The notes: generated by a model from the sequence alone, not told the origin. 64,000 bases of DNA from an uncultured Oleiphilus sp. (GCA_913020495.1 CAJWBJ010000005.1:1731-65730); one strand, 5' to 3'. Numbered from the stretch's first letter, positions 19,228 to 29,822 are shown. Program-made: numbers and translations.

Positions 19228-19569
19228 TGAACCCCAAATACACGAATTCTGAATTATCGAGGTTAAAGGAAAAGGATTGAATTGTTAATAGCTACGTTTG
19301 TTAGAGAAAACCCTAACTAATATTTATTCTGACATGGCTAAATATGACAATGCTATGAAGCCCTTATGCCTATGATTATGAATATACATGCGGGTCAGCA
19401 CGTGTAGTGCTGCAAGAGCATTCAGCTGCTCAACACCTTCAGGTGAGTGTGACCGTAAGGTATTCTACGTAGTGATCAAAAATACTACTCATATATTCTT
19501 GATTGGATCAAACTTGTCTATAAAATCATGATTAATAGTTTCTAATATCTCATCTGGAGTTTATATATT

Positions 19570-20613
19570 ATGCCGTTCAGTTCAATGTCACCTACTATTT
19601 CTAGTGGTGGGATAAATTCCATATTGAATGCACTCCAGCAGATGGGAATTGATCTGGTAGCGTTAAAAAAAGAAGTCGGCTTGGATGAGTTCAATCTGGA
19701 AGATAGTGAGCTACGCTTGAGTTGTCAGTATGCGTCAGCCTGTTATAAAGCTGCCCAAGGCATATGGGAGGGAGAAAATTTTGGTTTGGTGCATGGATTA
19801 AAATATCAACCTTTTACACTGGGTATTGTCGGACACTTATTGACTACGGCTTCTAATGGTTTGGAGGCTCTGAAGAGTTATGAGCGCTATCAACAAGCAT
19901 TTGGTGATGGTTTAAGGTTTGATATAGAAGAGCAACAAAATTCTTCAGGGCCAAACTGTTGGTTGACGGCTCGCTTGTGGATTCACTCTGGAATGAGCGG
20001 GAAGGTAGACTGCGCTTTGGTTGACTCGTTTTTTGTTGCATTAATGAATTGTATTCGGTTATTGACCGGTGAAACTGAACCACTTTTGCGTGTTGAGCTT
20101 AAAAGACCAGCCCCTGAGAATATTGAAGAATACGTGAAAGCTTTTGCTTGCACTGTTTTATTTTCTCAAGAAAAAGATCAAGTGATATTGTCCAGTCATT
20201 GGCTCGAAAAACCCTTGCTAACGGCCAACCCTTATTTGTACCAAATGCTAGAACAACAATCTGCTTCTATTATTAAAAAGATTGGCGAATGCAATCTATT
20301 TTCAAATCAAGTACGACTTGAAATACTGAAATGCATTGATGGCAATAAGGTTGATATCACAAGAGTTGCTCGACGTTTGTCAATTAGTTCACGTACTTTA
20401 CAGCGTAGACTGAAGGCAAAAGGGGATCGATTCCAAAGCTTACTCGATGAAGTTCGTACTGAGTTTTCTGTTCAACAAATAAAACTAAATCGTATAAGCA
20501 TTGACGAACAGGCTTATTTACTCGGATTTTCTGACCCTAGCATTTATCGAAAATCCTTTAAGCGATGGACAGGCCAAACGCCCACGGAATACCGACTTTC
20601 GCTCACTCTTTAA
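19570..20613 (+). CDS. AraC-family transcriptional regulator, paralog of the preceding gene
   Basis: 347 aa. GGAG RBS. VARRLSISSRTLQRRL ... LGFSDPSIYRKSFKRWTGQTPTEYR. Confidence 0.85.
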   Translation: MPFSSMSPTISSGGINSILNALQQMGIDLVALKKEVGLDEFNLEDSELRLSCQYASACYKAAQGIWEGENFGLVHGLKYQPFTLGIVGHLLTTASNGLEALKSYERYQQAFGDGLRFDIEEQQNSSGPNCWLTARLWIHSGMSGKVDCALVDSFFVALMNCIRLLTGETEPLLRVELKRPAPENIEEYVKAFACTVLFSQEKDQVILSSHWLEKPLLTANPYLYQMLEQQSASIIKKIGECNLFSNQVRLEILKCIDGNKVDITRVARRLSISSRTLQRRLKAKGDRFQSLLDEVRTEFSVQQIKLNRISIDEQAYLLGFSDPSIYRKSFKRWTGQTPTEYRLSLTL

Positions 20614-20800
20614 CTAAACAGTATATCTAGCTCTTCTCACTTGTCGTGATTTGTCCTCAAAGTTGGCGCGCTTCATCATAGATTGCACACGCTCATCTAC
20701 TTCATAATCTTCTTCACTGATTAACTGTTTCTAGTACGAAAAAGAAAGGGGAAACAGTACAAATTCTTACGGTTGTTTGGCATTTAATAGGAGTGAGTTG

Positions 20801-21421
20801 ATGTTACATAAAATACATCGGGTATCGGCCTTAATTTTAGGCGTTTTCATTGTATTCCACCTTATCAACCATCTGTTTATTTTAAGCAGTGTTCAACAAC
20901 ACATTGATGTAATGAATTTATTTCGAGGTGTTTATCGAAACATAATCGTGGAATGTGTTCTATTGCTATGTGCAATGTTTCAGGTTAGTAGCGGTATTTA
21001 TTTTGTTTGGAATAGAAGAGGGCAACGCAAAGGTTTTCTTGAAAAAGCGCAAGCAATTTCTGGCTTGTATCTAGCCTATTTTTTACTAAATCATATTGGT
21101 GCAGTATTATTTGGAAGGGGTGTTGTCGGTATAGATACAAATATTTATTTCGGCATTTCTGGTCTTCATATTAGACCATTTTATGTCTATTTTTTTCCTT
21201 ATTATTTCTTAGCAGTCGTGGCATTATTTGTTCATCTTGCATCGGCTTTCAATTGGTTGAGCCGAAACAAGCTCAGTAACATACACAGAGCTAATTTAAC
21301 CTTTTTGATTATAGCAATTGGCGTGTCTACTTCATTTATTATGATACTTGGGTTCAGTGGTTTTTTTAGTGATATTCTAATCCCGCCTGAATACAGTGAA
21401 ATCTATGCTATTTCAGACTAG
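20801..21421 (+). CDS. hypothetical His-rich polytopic membrane protein (cytochrome b-like?)
   Basis: The ATG at 20801 is preceded by AGGAG, and the track start at 20777 is TTG. Five helices with conserved-looking His (HKIH, FHLINH, LNH, VHL). Family not recognised. Confidence 0.5.
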   Translation: MLHKIHRVSALILGVFIVFHLINHLFILSSVQQHIDVMNLFRGVYRNIIVECVLLLCAMFQVSSGIYFVWNRRGQRKGFLEKAQAISGLYLAYFLLNHIGAVLFGRGVVGIDTNIYFGISGLHIRPFYVYFFPYYFLAVVALFVHLASAFNWLSRNKLSNIHRANLTFLIIAIGVSTSFIMILGFSGFFSDILIPPEYSEIYAISD

Positions 21422-21494
21422 TCAAACGCGGGGTTTGTTAAAAGGCTTTAGGGAAGTTATATGAATCATAGTGATAGAGAATTAGCTATTAACG

Positions 21495-22238
21495 CTAATC
21501 TCCGTTAGCTGTTATGTATTTGTCATAAATAGCTTGGAAACGACCAGTAACTTTCAAATATGTTAACCCTTCATTAAAATCATCACGTATTTGTTCATCC
21601 CAGAAAACGGGGCGGTAATCGTCAGGGTTAAGGTTAACAAAACGATGCATCTTAATTTGATTAAGTTTTTTGCCTGACTTTCGTTCTGCTTGAAGGGCAT
21701 AGTATTTGTAAATGCTAATGTCACTGAGAACAACGTCATAACGCCCTCTATCAAGTGTTAAGACCTGCAATAACTGATTATTCTGCTCAAAGTACTTTTG
21801 GGCTTGATCTACAGGTGCAAGCCAAACAGGATAACGTTTTTTGGCCCCTTGAAATGAGATCACCGACAACCCCCAGAGGTCCTCAGGCTTCGTGATGGTC
21901 AAATTACTCTTTTTGAGGGTAATGAGAACGTTGTCATAAACGACAGCAGAATTGGCGTAATAAGCATTAACTGCACGCATGTCGTGTCCTAAGTCGGTCA
22001 TAGCGGCATCAACTTGTTTTTGTTTGAATGCCAGAGGTACGCGAGCTAAAGGATAATAAACAGGTTTGAGGGTATAGCCACGAAAGGCAAGAGATTCACT
22101 AATCACTTCAATTTCAATACCTGAGTTTGACTCAGGGAAAGAAAAAGGAGGAATGGACTCCCCAAAAGCCATTAATACTTCATCACAGAATGTTAACGTC
22201 GGTAAATACAACATTATAAAGAAAAATAATACTTTCAT
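21495..22238 (-). CDS. orphan periplasmic substrate-binding protein (family 3-like)
   Basis: 247 aa. Signal peptide MKVLFFFIMLYLPTLTFC. Size and pattern match an amino-acid-type SBP. No permease or ATPase is nearby. Confidence 0.5.
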   Translation of the reverse strand: MKVLFFFIMLYLPTLTFCDEVLMAFGESIPPFSFPESNSGIEIEVISESLAFRGYTLKPVYYPLARVPLAFKQKQVDAAMTDLGHDMRAVNAYYANSAVVYDNVLITLKKSNLTITKPEDLWGLSVISFQGAKKRYPVWLAPVDQAQKYFEQNNQLLQVLTLDRGRYDVVLSDISIYKYYALQAERKSGKKLNQIKMHRFVNLNPDDYRPVFWDEQIRDDFNEGLTYLKVTGRFQAIYDKYITANGD

Positions 22239-22688
22239 GACTCACACCTTATACATACACCTTGTGTGGTTAATGATCGATATAGTGGACTTTAGCAATT
22301 GTACAAAGTATAGCTCACATCTAGTGGGAATAAACGATACTGTATAGTCGTTATTAATCTAATGAGTGAGAAATAATGAGTGTCTGGTTCTAGCTAACAG
22401 CTTTGTTAGATGGCCTGTGAATGGAAGGCAAGTTGAATGCTTTAATTGAGCAAGCTACGCAATATGGCCTTTAATTTGTTGTAAAAGATTTCGTGATTTG
22501 GCCACTTTATAAACCATATATCAAGTAAATGATTGAGTCGACTTATCGATAAATTGAACAAGTAGTTTCAATAAAGTTTGATGCCGAGCATGATTATGAG
22601 TGGGGATCACAAAAGTGTTTCAACGTCGCAGATAATAAATTTTGAACTATAATTAAATTGCTTCTAAATTACTAGCTGGAGGCCCATA

Positions 22689-23567
22689 GTGCAAAAATAC
22701 ATTAAAGTTATTAGCTTAATTGTTTTTTTTATGTTTTCAGTGAAAACTTACGCGACATTCGATTTACCTATGTCAGTAATCCAAAGAAATATAACGGCAT
22801 ATACCAGCTTTTTAAAAGAAAAAAATAAAAACGTACTTGAAATAACAAGCCTAGACTCAGACTTCTCTAATCGAAATGTAGCCTGCATGGTCATTATTAT
22901 GCAAGCACTGAATTTAGGTGGTTTCCCTGTAAAGTTAGAAATGGTTTCTGCCCCCAACGCAGCTCGAGAAATTGCTATGACCAAAGCAGGTCATGTTGCA
23001 ATAATGCATCAGGATATATGGGTGCAGCCTGAGTTTAGCGACTTTTTTTTTATAAGCACCGCAATCATACCTAATGGAAGCTTTGTAAAAGGTATTTATA
23101 CCTTAGATTCAAATAAAGAGATGCTTAAAGTGAGTAGTATTGAAGACTTAAAGTCATTTTCGGCAACACATTCGCCTAATTGGCAAGTAGGGTGGGATAC
23201 ACTAAGTAGAATAGGTTTGAAATCGCTACACTCAGCACCCAAAAAAGAATTTATGTTCAACCAGGTTCTATTTTGGGGTGTTGACTTTACTATACAGGAG
23301 TTTACAAATTTACCTGGTATGGCCTATGAGTTTTCTGGTGACAGGCGTTTAATACCGGTGCCTGGTGTGAAAATAGCCTTAAATGGTGTGAGAAGTTTTA
23401 TTGTTTCGAAAAAACATAAGCTTGGTAAACAGATCTATACCGCTTTGCAAATAGGATTGATAGCACTTAGAAAAAAAGGGACGGTTAAGCGTTTTCTAAC
23501 AGAAAGTGGCTTTTACAAAAAAGAGGTCGAAGACTGGAAAATATTAAGGGTAGAACCGGGTAAGTAG
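22689..23567 (+). CDS. hypothetical secreted protein
   Basis: 292 aa. GTG start with GGAGG 7 nt upstream. Signal peptide ...FMFSVKTYA. No recognised domain. Confidence 0.5.
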   Translation: MQKYIKVISLIVFFMFSVKTYATFDLPMSVIQRNITAYTSFLKEKNKNVLEITSLDSDFSNRNVACMVIIMQALNLGGFPVKLEMVSAPNAAREIAMTKAGHVAIMHQDIWVQPEFSDFFFISTAIIPNGSFVKGIYTLDSNKEMLKVSSIEDLKSFSATHSPNWQVGWDTLSRIGLKSLHSAPKKEFMFNQVLFWGVDFTIQEFTNLPGMAYEFSGDRRLIPVPGVKIALNGVRSFIVSKKHKLGKQIYTALQIGLIALRKKGTVKRFLTESGFYKKEVEDWKILRVEPGK

Positions 23568-23899
23568 TAACACATTTTTATAAGTCCCATCTATCTGCAG
23601 GTTAGAAAATCATCTTGGATTCGCCTAAACTAGAAACAACAAGCAGTTGATCCAAGCGTTCTCAAAGGAAATGCCTTCTTTGAAAATGACTAATATGCAA
23701 TCTCAGTTATTATTAACAATTTGAGTTTACACCTGATTGATGTCACTAAAAAATTAGTATATTTCATAGCAACAAGTTCTGCCTGAAATTAAGATGAAAA
23801 GGCCTTGTGCGACATTTTGTCACTGTTAGAACCTTTACGAATAAGTAAAATTCGCTTTTTAAACGTTTATATCAGAATTAAACTAGTAGAGAGTGATTT

Positions 23900-24598
23900 A
23901 TGCATATTGAACCGGAAATTATTCAAGGCGCTAAGATCGCGCTCAGTTATAGCACGGCTATCGTATCATTTGGTCTCATCGCCAAGTCTATTTTTACGGA
24001 TGTAACAGGCAGTGGTTTTTTATCGTTGGGCGTTAAAAGTCTCTTAACCTCTCTGATGGTATTAGGTTTTTTTGAAGTGTTACCGCACCATTCTGTTGGC
24101 ATTTCTGAAGTTCATTTTATTCTTGGCTCCAGCTTATTTTTATTATTTGGTGCGGCTCCGGCGGCTGTTGGATTAAGTGCTGGGTTGCTCATACAAGGCT
24201 TATTCTTTGCACCACAAGACCTTCCTATGTATTGGCTTAACGTCACTACATTAATAATGCCACTTTTCGCCATGAGTCTTTTAGCGAAAAAACTTATTCC
24301 TGAGAATACCGCCTATAAAGATATTAGCTATGCGCAGGCTTTGGGTTTGTCGGTCAGTTATCAGGGAGGCATTATTACATGGGTAGCATTTTGGGCATTT
24401 TATGGACAAGGATTTAGTTCCGAGAATGTGGCTTCTGTATTCTCATTTTGTGTCGCTTATAGTAGCGTTATTATGATTGAGCCTGTGATTGACCTTGCAC
24501 TTCTTGCTTGTGCAAAAAGACTCAATGGGAACACCAAGCGCAATTGGCTTAATCCTCGCTTATACAAAGTTTTTGATGCTAGAGCTAGTGCCTTGTAG
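23900..24598 (+). CDS. CbiM/NikM-like ECF-type transporter membrane component (orphan)
   Basis: 232 aa, six or seven helices. The N-terminus MHIEPEIIQGAKI resembles the MHI-x-(D/E)G start of CbiM-family proteins. No CbiN/Q/O partners in the window. Confidence 0.45.
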   Translation: MHIEPEIIQGAKIALSYSTAIVSFGLIAKSIFTDVTGSGFLSLGVKSLLTSLMVLGFFEVLPHHSVGISEVHFILGSSLFLLFGAAPAAVGLSAGLLIQGLFFAPQDLPMYWLNVTTLIMPLFAMSLLAKKLIPENTAYKDISYAQALGLSVSYQGGIITWVAFWAFYGQGFSSENVASVFSFCVAYSSVIMIEPVIDLALLACAKRLNGNTKRNWLNPRLYKVFDARASAL

Positions 24599-24650
24599 AA
24601 GTTGTGAAATGAAGAAAATGGACGACACAATTTTTTGTAGTCGTAATCAT

Positions 24651-24680
24651 AAGGTTTGGGGCTAACCCAAACCTTTATTC
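24651..24680. terminator. bidirectional rho-independent terminator
   Basis: AAGGTTTGGG-gctaa-CCCAAACCTT followed by TATTC. Lies between convergent genes ending at 24598 and 24759. Confidence 0.6.
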
Positions 24681-24758
24681 GATTGATATATGCACTTAAC
24701 TAATCGAAGTTAAATTTTACAGCTATTCCAAGCCATCTTTTCAGAATATTGAACGATG

Positions 24759-25238
24759 TCAGTGTTTTTTAGGCGAAACTCTCATGGTGATATCAGCATG
24801 AAATACTTCTTCGTCATTGGTGTCGTATACACAAACCGGCATTATTACATCTTGCTTTCCTTCCCAGTTATAACTATCTACTTTACAGGTAGCGCGTAGA
24901 TCTGTTTTGGCCATTTTTAGATATTGAACTGTCATTCCAGCGGGTATCCAGCGGTGTCCTGCATCGAGAGATACATCTAAACATAAGCCGCCTGCAAGCT
25001 CTGCTGCATTACACATGGCAATGGCGTGGACGGTATTAATGTGATTCGTAATGCTCCAGCGTTTTTTAAAAAACAGCTCAACATGGCCAGCTTCAACATG
25101 AGTTAATAATGGCTTAATGGATCTAAAATAAGGAGCTTTAAAACAAATTGCTTGTGTTGCAAGCCATCGGCCAGCAGAAGTACCTTTAAGGTTTTTCCAT
25201 ATTTTAAGTACAGGGCTTTTAGAGGGGGTATAACTCAT
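24759..25238 (-). CDS. hot-dog fold thioesterase (DUF4442/PaaI-like)
   Basis: 159 aa. NHINTVHAIAMCNAAELAGG core typical of PaaI/DUF4442 thioesterases. Lies 12 nt downstream of the MarR gene. Confidence 0.6.
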   Translation of the reverse strand: MSYTPSKSPVLKIWKNLKGTSAGRWLATQAICFKAPYFRSIKPLLTHVEAGHVELFFKKRWSITNHINTVHAIAMCNAAELAGGLCLDVSLDAGHRWIPAGMTVQYLKMAKTDLRATCKVDSYNWEGKQDVIMPVCVYDTNDEEVFHADITMRVSPKKH

Positions 25239-25249
25239 AATGACTATTC

Positions 25250-25672
25250 CTAACGGTGAGTGTGGCTTAAATTATTGAGGAAACGGATAACCGTCTGCAT
25301 TTCTTCTTCATTAAAACCTTGTTGCAATTTTTCGTTTTCAGTTTGAATGATGGGCTTTGCTTTTCTTAAAACACCTTTACCTTTTTGAGTCATTATTATC
25401 CGGAATGCACGACCATCTGCTTCATCGGCTATTTTATTGATCAATTTATTTTTAACCATCCGATCAGTTAATCCTGTTGTGCCAGATTTATTAAGACCAA
25501 GAAAAGTCCCTAAATCTTTCACCAGGCAACCGTCATTTATGTTTAAAATCAAAAGCGCAGAAACTTGTGCCACTGGCACCTCAATAGTTTCAATCATTAA
25601 TTTATCCATATATTTATAGGTAGCATTTCTGGCTCTATTGAGCAGGAAAAAAAGTCGTTTATCTTTGTTCAT
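25250..25672 (-). CDS. MarR-family transcriptional regulator
   Basis: 140 aa. Winged-helix region VAQVSALLILNINDGCLVKDLGTFLGLNKSGTTGLTDRMVKNKLI...DGRAFRI. Confidence 0.85.
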   Translation of the reverse strand: MNKDKRLFFLLNRARNATYKYMDKLMIETIEVPVAQVSALLILNINDGCLVKDLGTFLGLNKSGTTGLTDRMVKNKLINKIADEADGRAFRIIMTQKGKGVLRKAKPIIQTENEKLQQGFNEEEMQTVIRFLNNLSHTHR

Positions 25673-25712
25673 CTTTAGTTCACGTTTAAAGTTAAGGTCA
25701 AAAAATAAATCT

Positions 25713-25736
25713 ATATAGTACGTATGCGAACTATAT
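25713..25736. promoter_or_regulatory. candidate MarR operator
   Basis: ATATAGT-N10-ACTATAT inverted repeat, 41 nt upstream of the MarR start codon. Confidence 0.3.
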
Positions 25737-26075
25737 TTGCATGGTAATGTGATTTAATCAAGAAAAAAATTATTTGCCTTTACCTCATAACTCATTTTGG
25801 CGTGACAAAAATATACAAGCACAACAAACGAGATTATTCGAGATGGTTTATAAACGTTGCATAGGGTGCCTACTTATATAATGCCGATATAAGCTTGAGC
25901 TGTGTGAAAGAAATGGTCGATTGGTCTGGTTTACTTGGTAACAGACTAACTTGTATCATTTTGGTTATGTTATGAAGTTCTTTAAGCCAAAATAGGTCGT
26001 TTGATCTCTGCTATTATTTATCTTGTAATAAGATTGATAAAAATCATTTAAGATAACCCTTATAAAGTTGAATGT

Positions 26076-26909
26076 ATGTCCTACTCGAACACAATGAAGC
26101 TCTATAGTGCTTGGAGCATTACTCTAAGTTTGGTAATGATTACTTACCTTTTTTTCGTTTATTATTCTGCACCTGAAGAGGATGCTGAAACGATTTACGC
26201 AATGTGTGTTGCGCTATTTCATATGATTTACGGAATTTGGTTTTTTAAGGGTCATGACTCTTCGCAATTCGCCCAACGAACAATCCGTGGACGAACTATA
26301 TATGGCGTTTTTCTTTTAGTTGTATTTATAACAATGTTTTATGGAATTCAAGACCCTGAAACTGTCTGGCTTAGTAGGGTTTATCTCTATGCTATTGTGG
26401 TTGGTTTTGTCGAATTATTTAGTGCTGTAATGACCAAGGTTGCGCTAAATAAATGTGATCAAATAGTTAATCAAAAGACTGCTTCCAAAATGACTTTCAA
26501 AAGTAAAAACAGGTTTGTGTTTGGTGTCTACCTGCTGCTTTTAGGTTTTTTGACTTTGTTTAGCCCCAACACCTTGCTGAGTTTTCTTTACCTGCCAGAA
26601 ACTACTTTTTCTGGATTTTCAGGTGACGTAGTATCTCTTGGCCCTATGCAAATACTTGGCGTTCAAATTCTTATATTAGGGAGTTATAACCTTTTCGCAG
26701 CACGTAATAACATTGAAGCCCTTGTTGAGGCAGGAATGAGAGGAGGCTCAATAACTGTGGTATTTTTCGTAGTCTTTGTTGCGACTGGAATCCTTCATCC
26801 TATCACGCTTCTATTACCCGCGATTGATTTTGTTAGCATCATCTTGATTGCGATTGAAAACCAAATTAAGCGTAGGGAAGATACAATACCGAAGATCAGT
26901 AGTCGGTAG
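26076..26909 (+). CDS. hypothetical polytopic membrane protein
   Basis: 277 aa, about eight hydrophobic helices. No recognised family. Confidence 0.5.
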   Translation: MSYSNTMKLYSAWSITLSLVMITYLFFVYYSAPEEDAETIYAMCVALFHMIYGIWFFKGHDSSQFAQRTIRGRTIYGVFLLVVFITMFYGIQDPETVWLSRVYLYAIVVGFVELFSAVMTKVALNKCDQIVNQKTASKMTFKSKNRFVFGVYLLLLGFLTLFSPNTLLSFLYLPETTFSGFSGDVVSLGPMQILGVQILILGSYNLFAARNNIEALVEAGMRGGSITVVFFVVFVATGILHPITLLLPAIDFVSIILIAIENQIKRREDTIPKISSR

Positions 26910-26941
26910 AAATAATAGCAAAACGCAATCCTCTCAGCTAT

Positions 26942-27913
26942 CTACAGTCGAGAAATATAAACAGTTATTTTCTGAAAGGCTGTGTCAGCTTGCTTAACTA
27001 ATGGTGCAAACGTTTGAAAAACATGAAACTGTTGTTCGAATATATCTATCTCGTGAGGTATTTTCGCTGTATTCAAAGCCTTTGAAAAATTTAAAATCTG
27101 TTTTAGAAAAACCTCTGAACCTGCTGCCTGAATATACAATGGAGGAAGGTTAGTTAAGTCCATGAGTCTAAAATCAACCAGCTGAGCATCTTTACTCTTA
27201 TCCAACACAAATTCAGACACCCAGCGATCTAATAAAGCTTTATCCAGAATGTCACTTTGTTCATGCTCCATGGTTAATCCATTTTCATCGAGTGGAGCTA
27301 TCCAGGGGGATATCAAAACACAGGCATCAGGTTGATGCTTGCCTGACAATTTTGCGAGCGACTGAATCGTGGCAAGGCAAAGCCCGCCTCCTGCAGAATC
27401 ACCCATTAAAATTACTTTGTTACCCTTTACCTGTCGTGCTTCCAATATATATTCAGCAACCTTTAAACAGTCCTCTTGAACTGTGGTTATGGGGTGCTCA
27501 GGAGCAAGACGATATTCAACACCAATGACATTAGCCTGTAAGCTAATTGCCAAGTTAGCAAGTGTTAAGCTATAGCCTTCTGCAGAACCCACTACGTAAC
27601 CGCCACCATGCAGATAAACAATGACTGTACTGGGTTCTATTAAACTAGATGGCTTATAAATAACGCAGGGTACATCAGCAATCACTTCATATTGCTTAGT
27701 TGTTTTTAACATTAAAGGAGAATACATTTTGAGAAGCTTTTGACGTTCACGCAGCCAAGGAATAGGTTTAGTTTTAGATTCATGTAATATTTGTTTAGCT
27801 AAACGGAATGTATATTCTGACAACCAAGATCGAGCCGGTAACTTTTTAGGTTTGATAAAACAATCTAACAGAGCGCTAAAGCTAATTCGTAAAACATCAA
27901 AAACGGCTTTCAT
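26942..27913 (-). CDS. alpha/beta hydrolase, hormone-sensitive-lipase (family IV) type esterase
   Basis: Oxyanion HGGGYVVGS and nucleophile GDSAGGGL motifs. 323 aa. Confidence 0.85.
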   Translation of the reverse strand: MKAVFDVLRISFSALLDCFIKPKKLPARSWLSEYTFRLAKQILHESKTKPIPWLRERQKLLKMYSPLMLKTTKQYEVIADVPCVIYKPSSLIEPSTVIVYLHGGGYVVGSAEGYSLTLANLAISLQANVIGVEYRLAPEHPITTVQEDCLKVAEYILEARQVKGNKVILMGDSAGGGLCLATIQSLAKLSGKHQPDACVLISPWIAPLDENGLTMEHEQSDILDKALLDRWVSEFVLDKSKDAQLVDFRLMDLTNLPPLYIQAAGSEVFLKQILNFSKALNTAKIPHEIDIFEQQFHVFQTFAPLVKQADTAFQKITVYISRL

Positions 27914-28104
27914 TTAAAGTTCTCAATTTTTAGACAGGGGTTCAGTACAAACTTTCGTTAGGCTCATTAGTGTTTCTATCAATAATGACCGTTTTTTTAA
28001 ATTTATACTTCGAGACGAATTAACAATTGGTGGTAGCAATTACCATTTAGGACTTTACATCCAAAATCTGAAAATATCATTGTTTTTGGGTGCATTTAAA
28101 AAGG

Positions 28105-29265
28105 CTATGATTTTCGAAAGTGTTTGGGCATATCCCATGGAGTGCCTGCTAACATAATAGTGAGTTTTTCCAGCCAACCTATGGGCTCACTTCTTTTAGA
28201 AAGCGGTAGCTGGTATTCCATAGCAAGCCCAGAGCATATACCTGTGTTTAACATCAATGAACCATAGGGTTTGAATATTTCATCTACTTTACATTTTGCG
28301 TCAGGCTCTAACAATTTATACTGGATTTCGAGTAGTTCAAGACAATAAACACGGTACTGTATAACCGGCAATTTTGGCAAGGTAACGCCATTTACCTCAA
28401 AATCAAAATGCTTCTCTTTTGCGTGCCAAGCTTGGGCATTTCGAACAAGGTATGGGATATAATCTTGGCATATTTCTTTAAGTATTTTCTGCCAACCTTC
28501 ATGTGTAAAATTTCTCACCTGGGAAGCGTGCTCTTGTTGACTAGCCTTAGCATTCCAGACTTTAACCACCCATTCCATCACGAGGGGATACCTATCTCGC
28601 ATTATTTTTGCGGGCTCAGGATCACAAAAATAATGGCGAAAAAATGGCCCCATAAAGGCTATATCTACCAGCGTGACAGAATTGCCTAATAGGAAAGGTG
28701 TATCTTTGAGTAAAGTATTAAAACCTTCTAATAAGTCAAAATATTGTTGACGAATGACCTGTTCAGACTCATTCGTTAACCCATCGCCATACAAGAATAA
28801 TTTTCTCTGTCGACGTTTAAAATACATGCCTGCGTATTTAGTTGGTATTGGCCAATGACCCAATACCTCTTTACCGATTCGTTGACTGAGATAATCTGAA
28901 TTAGCAGGGTCTCGCCATCGAAAGTACATCGCTGAGCGCCAACACCATTCATCAGCATAATCTTCAACTAGTTTTGATACGAACAGAAGGGTAGGATCTA
29001 CAGGCATAATAGGGTGTTCGGGGTATTTCTCTTCGAACCAGTCCAGCATCGGGGTTGTGTCCTTCAACCATAATCCATCAGCTGTTTTTACCGCAGGTAC
29101 TTTTAATACTCCTGTATGCTGATAAATTTCTTCAAATCCAATTTTGGCATTAGTTTCAACTCTCTCAAAAGGAATCTCTTTATAGCGAAGATAGGCTTCT
29201 AACTTGCCGCTGAAATAGGAAACATCTGCCAAGTAGACTTTATAGGGCTCGTGCACTTCGCTCAT
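28105..29265 (-). CDS. glutathione S-transferase-like protein
   Basis: 386 aa. N-terminal thioredoxin-like GST fold pattern (YLADVSYFSGKLEAYLRYKEIPFE ... KVPAVKTADGLWLKDTTPMLDW). Confidence 0.55.
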   Translation of the reverse strand: MSEVHEPYKVYLADVSYFSGKLEAYLRYKEIPFERVETNAKIGFEEIYQHTGVLKVPAVKTADGLWLKDTTPMLDWFEEKYPEHPIMPVDPTLLFVSKLVEDYADEWCWRSAMYFRWRDPANSDYLSQRIGKEVLGHWPIPTKYAGMYFKRRQRKLFLYGDGLTNESEQVIRQQYFDLLEGFNTLLKDTPFLLGNSVTLVDIAFMGPFFRHYFCDPEPAKIMRDRYPLVMEWVVKVWNAKASQQEHASQVRNFTHEGWQKILKEICQDYIPYLVRNAQAWHAKEKHFDFEVNGVTLPKLPVIQYRVYCLELLEIQYKLLEPDAKCKVDEIFKPYGSLMLNTGICSGLAMEYQLPLSKRSEPIGWLEKLTIMLAGTPWDMPKHFRKS

Positions 29266-29469
29266 CTATCTAACTCCTGCTTGTTAAAACTATTTTTGTA
29301 TTATGCTCAGTTCAGGATAACGATTAATTTCAATACAATCCACAATGAAGGGTATGTAGAGATAGGAGTTTAGATCCAAATTCATGGAAGAATTTGCCTA
29401 TTAATATTACACTGCAGGTCATTAGAAATTATCCAGCGTATAGTTGCTGTTCATCCTCTTAGGATTCCT

Positions 29470-29754
29470 ATGAAAAAAACCTTTAAATTAGACCACCCTA
29501 AAATCAAAGTGCCCCGTGTTGTTGACTCAGTAAAGCATGATATCAGAAAGTTTCTGAAAAAAGAGCGTAAAAAACCTCTTCCCTCTGGCTCGGTCTATTG
29601 GGGTTTTGATTGCAAATTTGGGCAGTCTGAAGAGACTGCAGTTGACGTGCATTTGTCATCGATAACTAAAAAAATCGATGAGCTAGTTGAAAATAACATT
29701 ATGACCATTTATGTGGAAATTAAAGCGAAAGCAATTGAAGCAGTGGAAAAGTAA
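29470..29754 (+). CDS. small basic conserved hypothetical protein (DUF6172-like?)
   Basis: 94 aa. MKKTFKLDHPKIK...KKERKKPLP..VYWGFDCKFG. Family name recalled with low certainty. Confidence 0.5.
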   Translation: MKKTFKLDHPKIKVPRVVDSVKHDIRKFLKKERKKPLPSGSVYWGFDCKFGQSEETAVDVHLSSITKKIDELVENNIMTIYVEIKAKAIEAVEK

Positions 29755-29822
29755 GTCTGGTTTCGGTTTAAGAGAATTTTAAATATAAGTTTCTGGTTTA
29801 CTGATCACATACATGGAAGTAT

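Noticed and set aside
23568-23899. Possible cobalamin or NiCo riboswitch upstream of the CbiM-like gene
   Set aside because: Only a GTCACTG fragment resembles the GCCACTG of the B12 element. The GC-rich conserved core and the paired regions I would expect are absent. A covariance-model scan would be needed to revisit this.
23805-24005. 66-aa ORF overlapping the start of the CbiM-like gene
   Set aside because: It is out of frame with, and overlapping, a better-supported membrane protein gene. It starts with a non-ATG codon and has no RBS.
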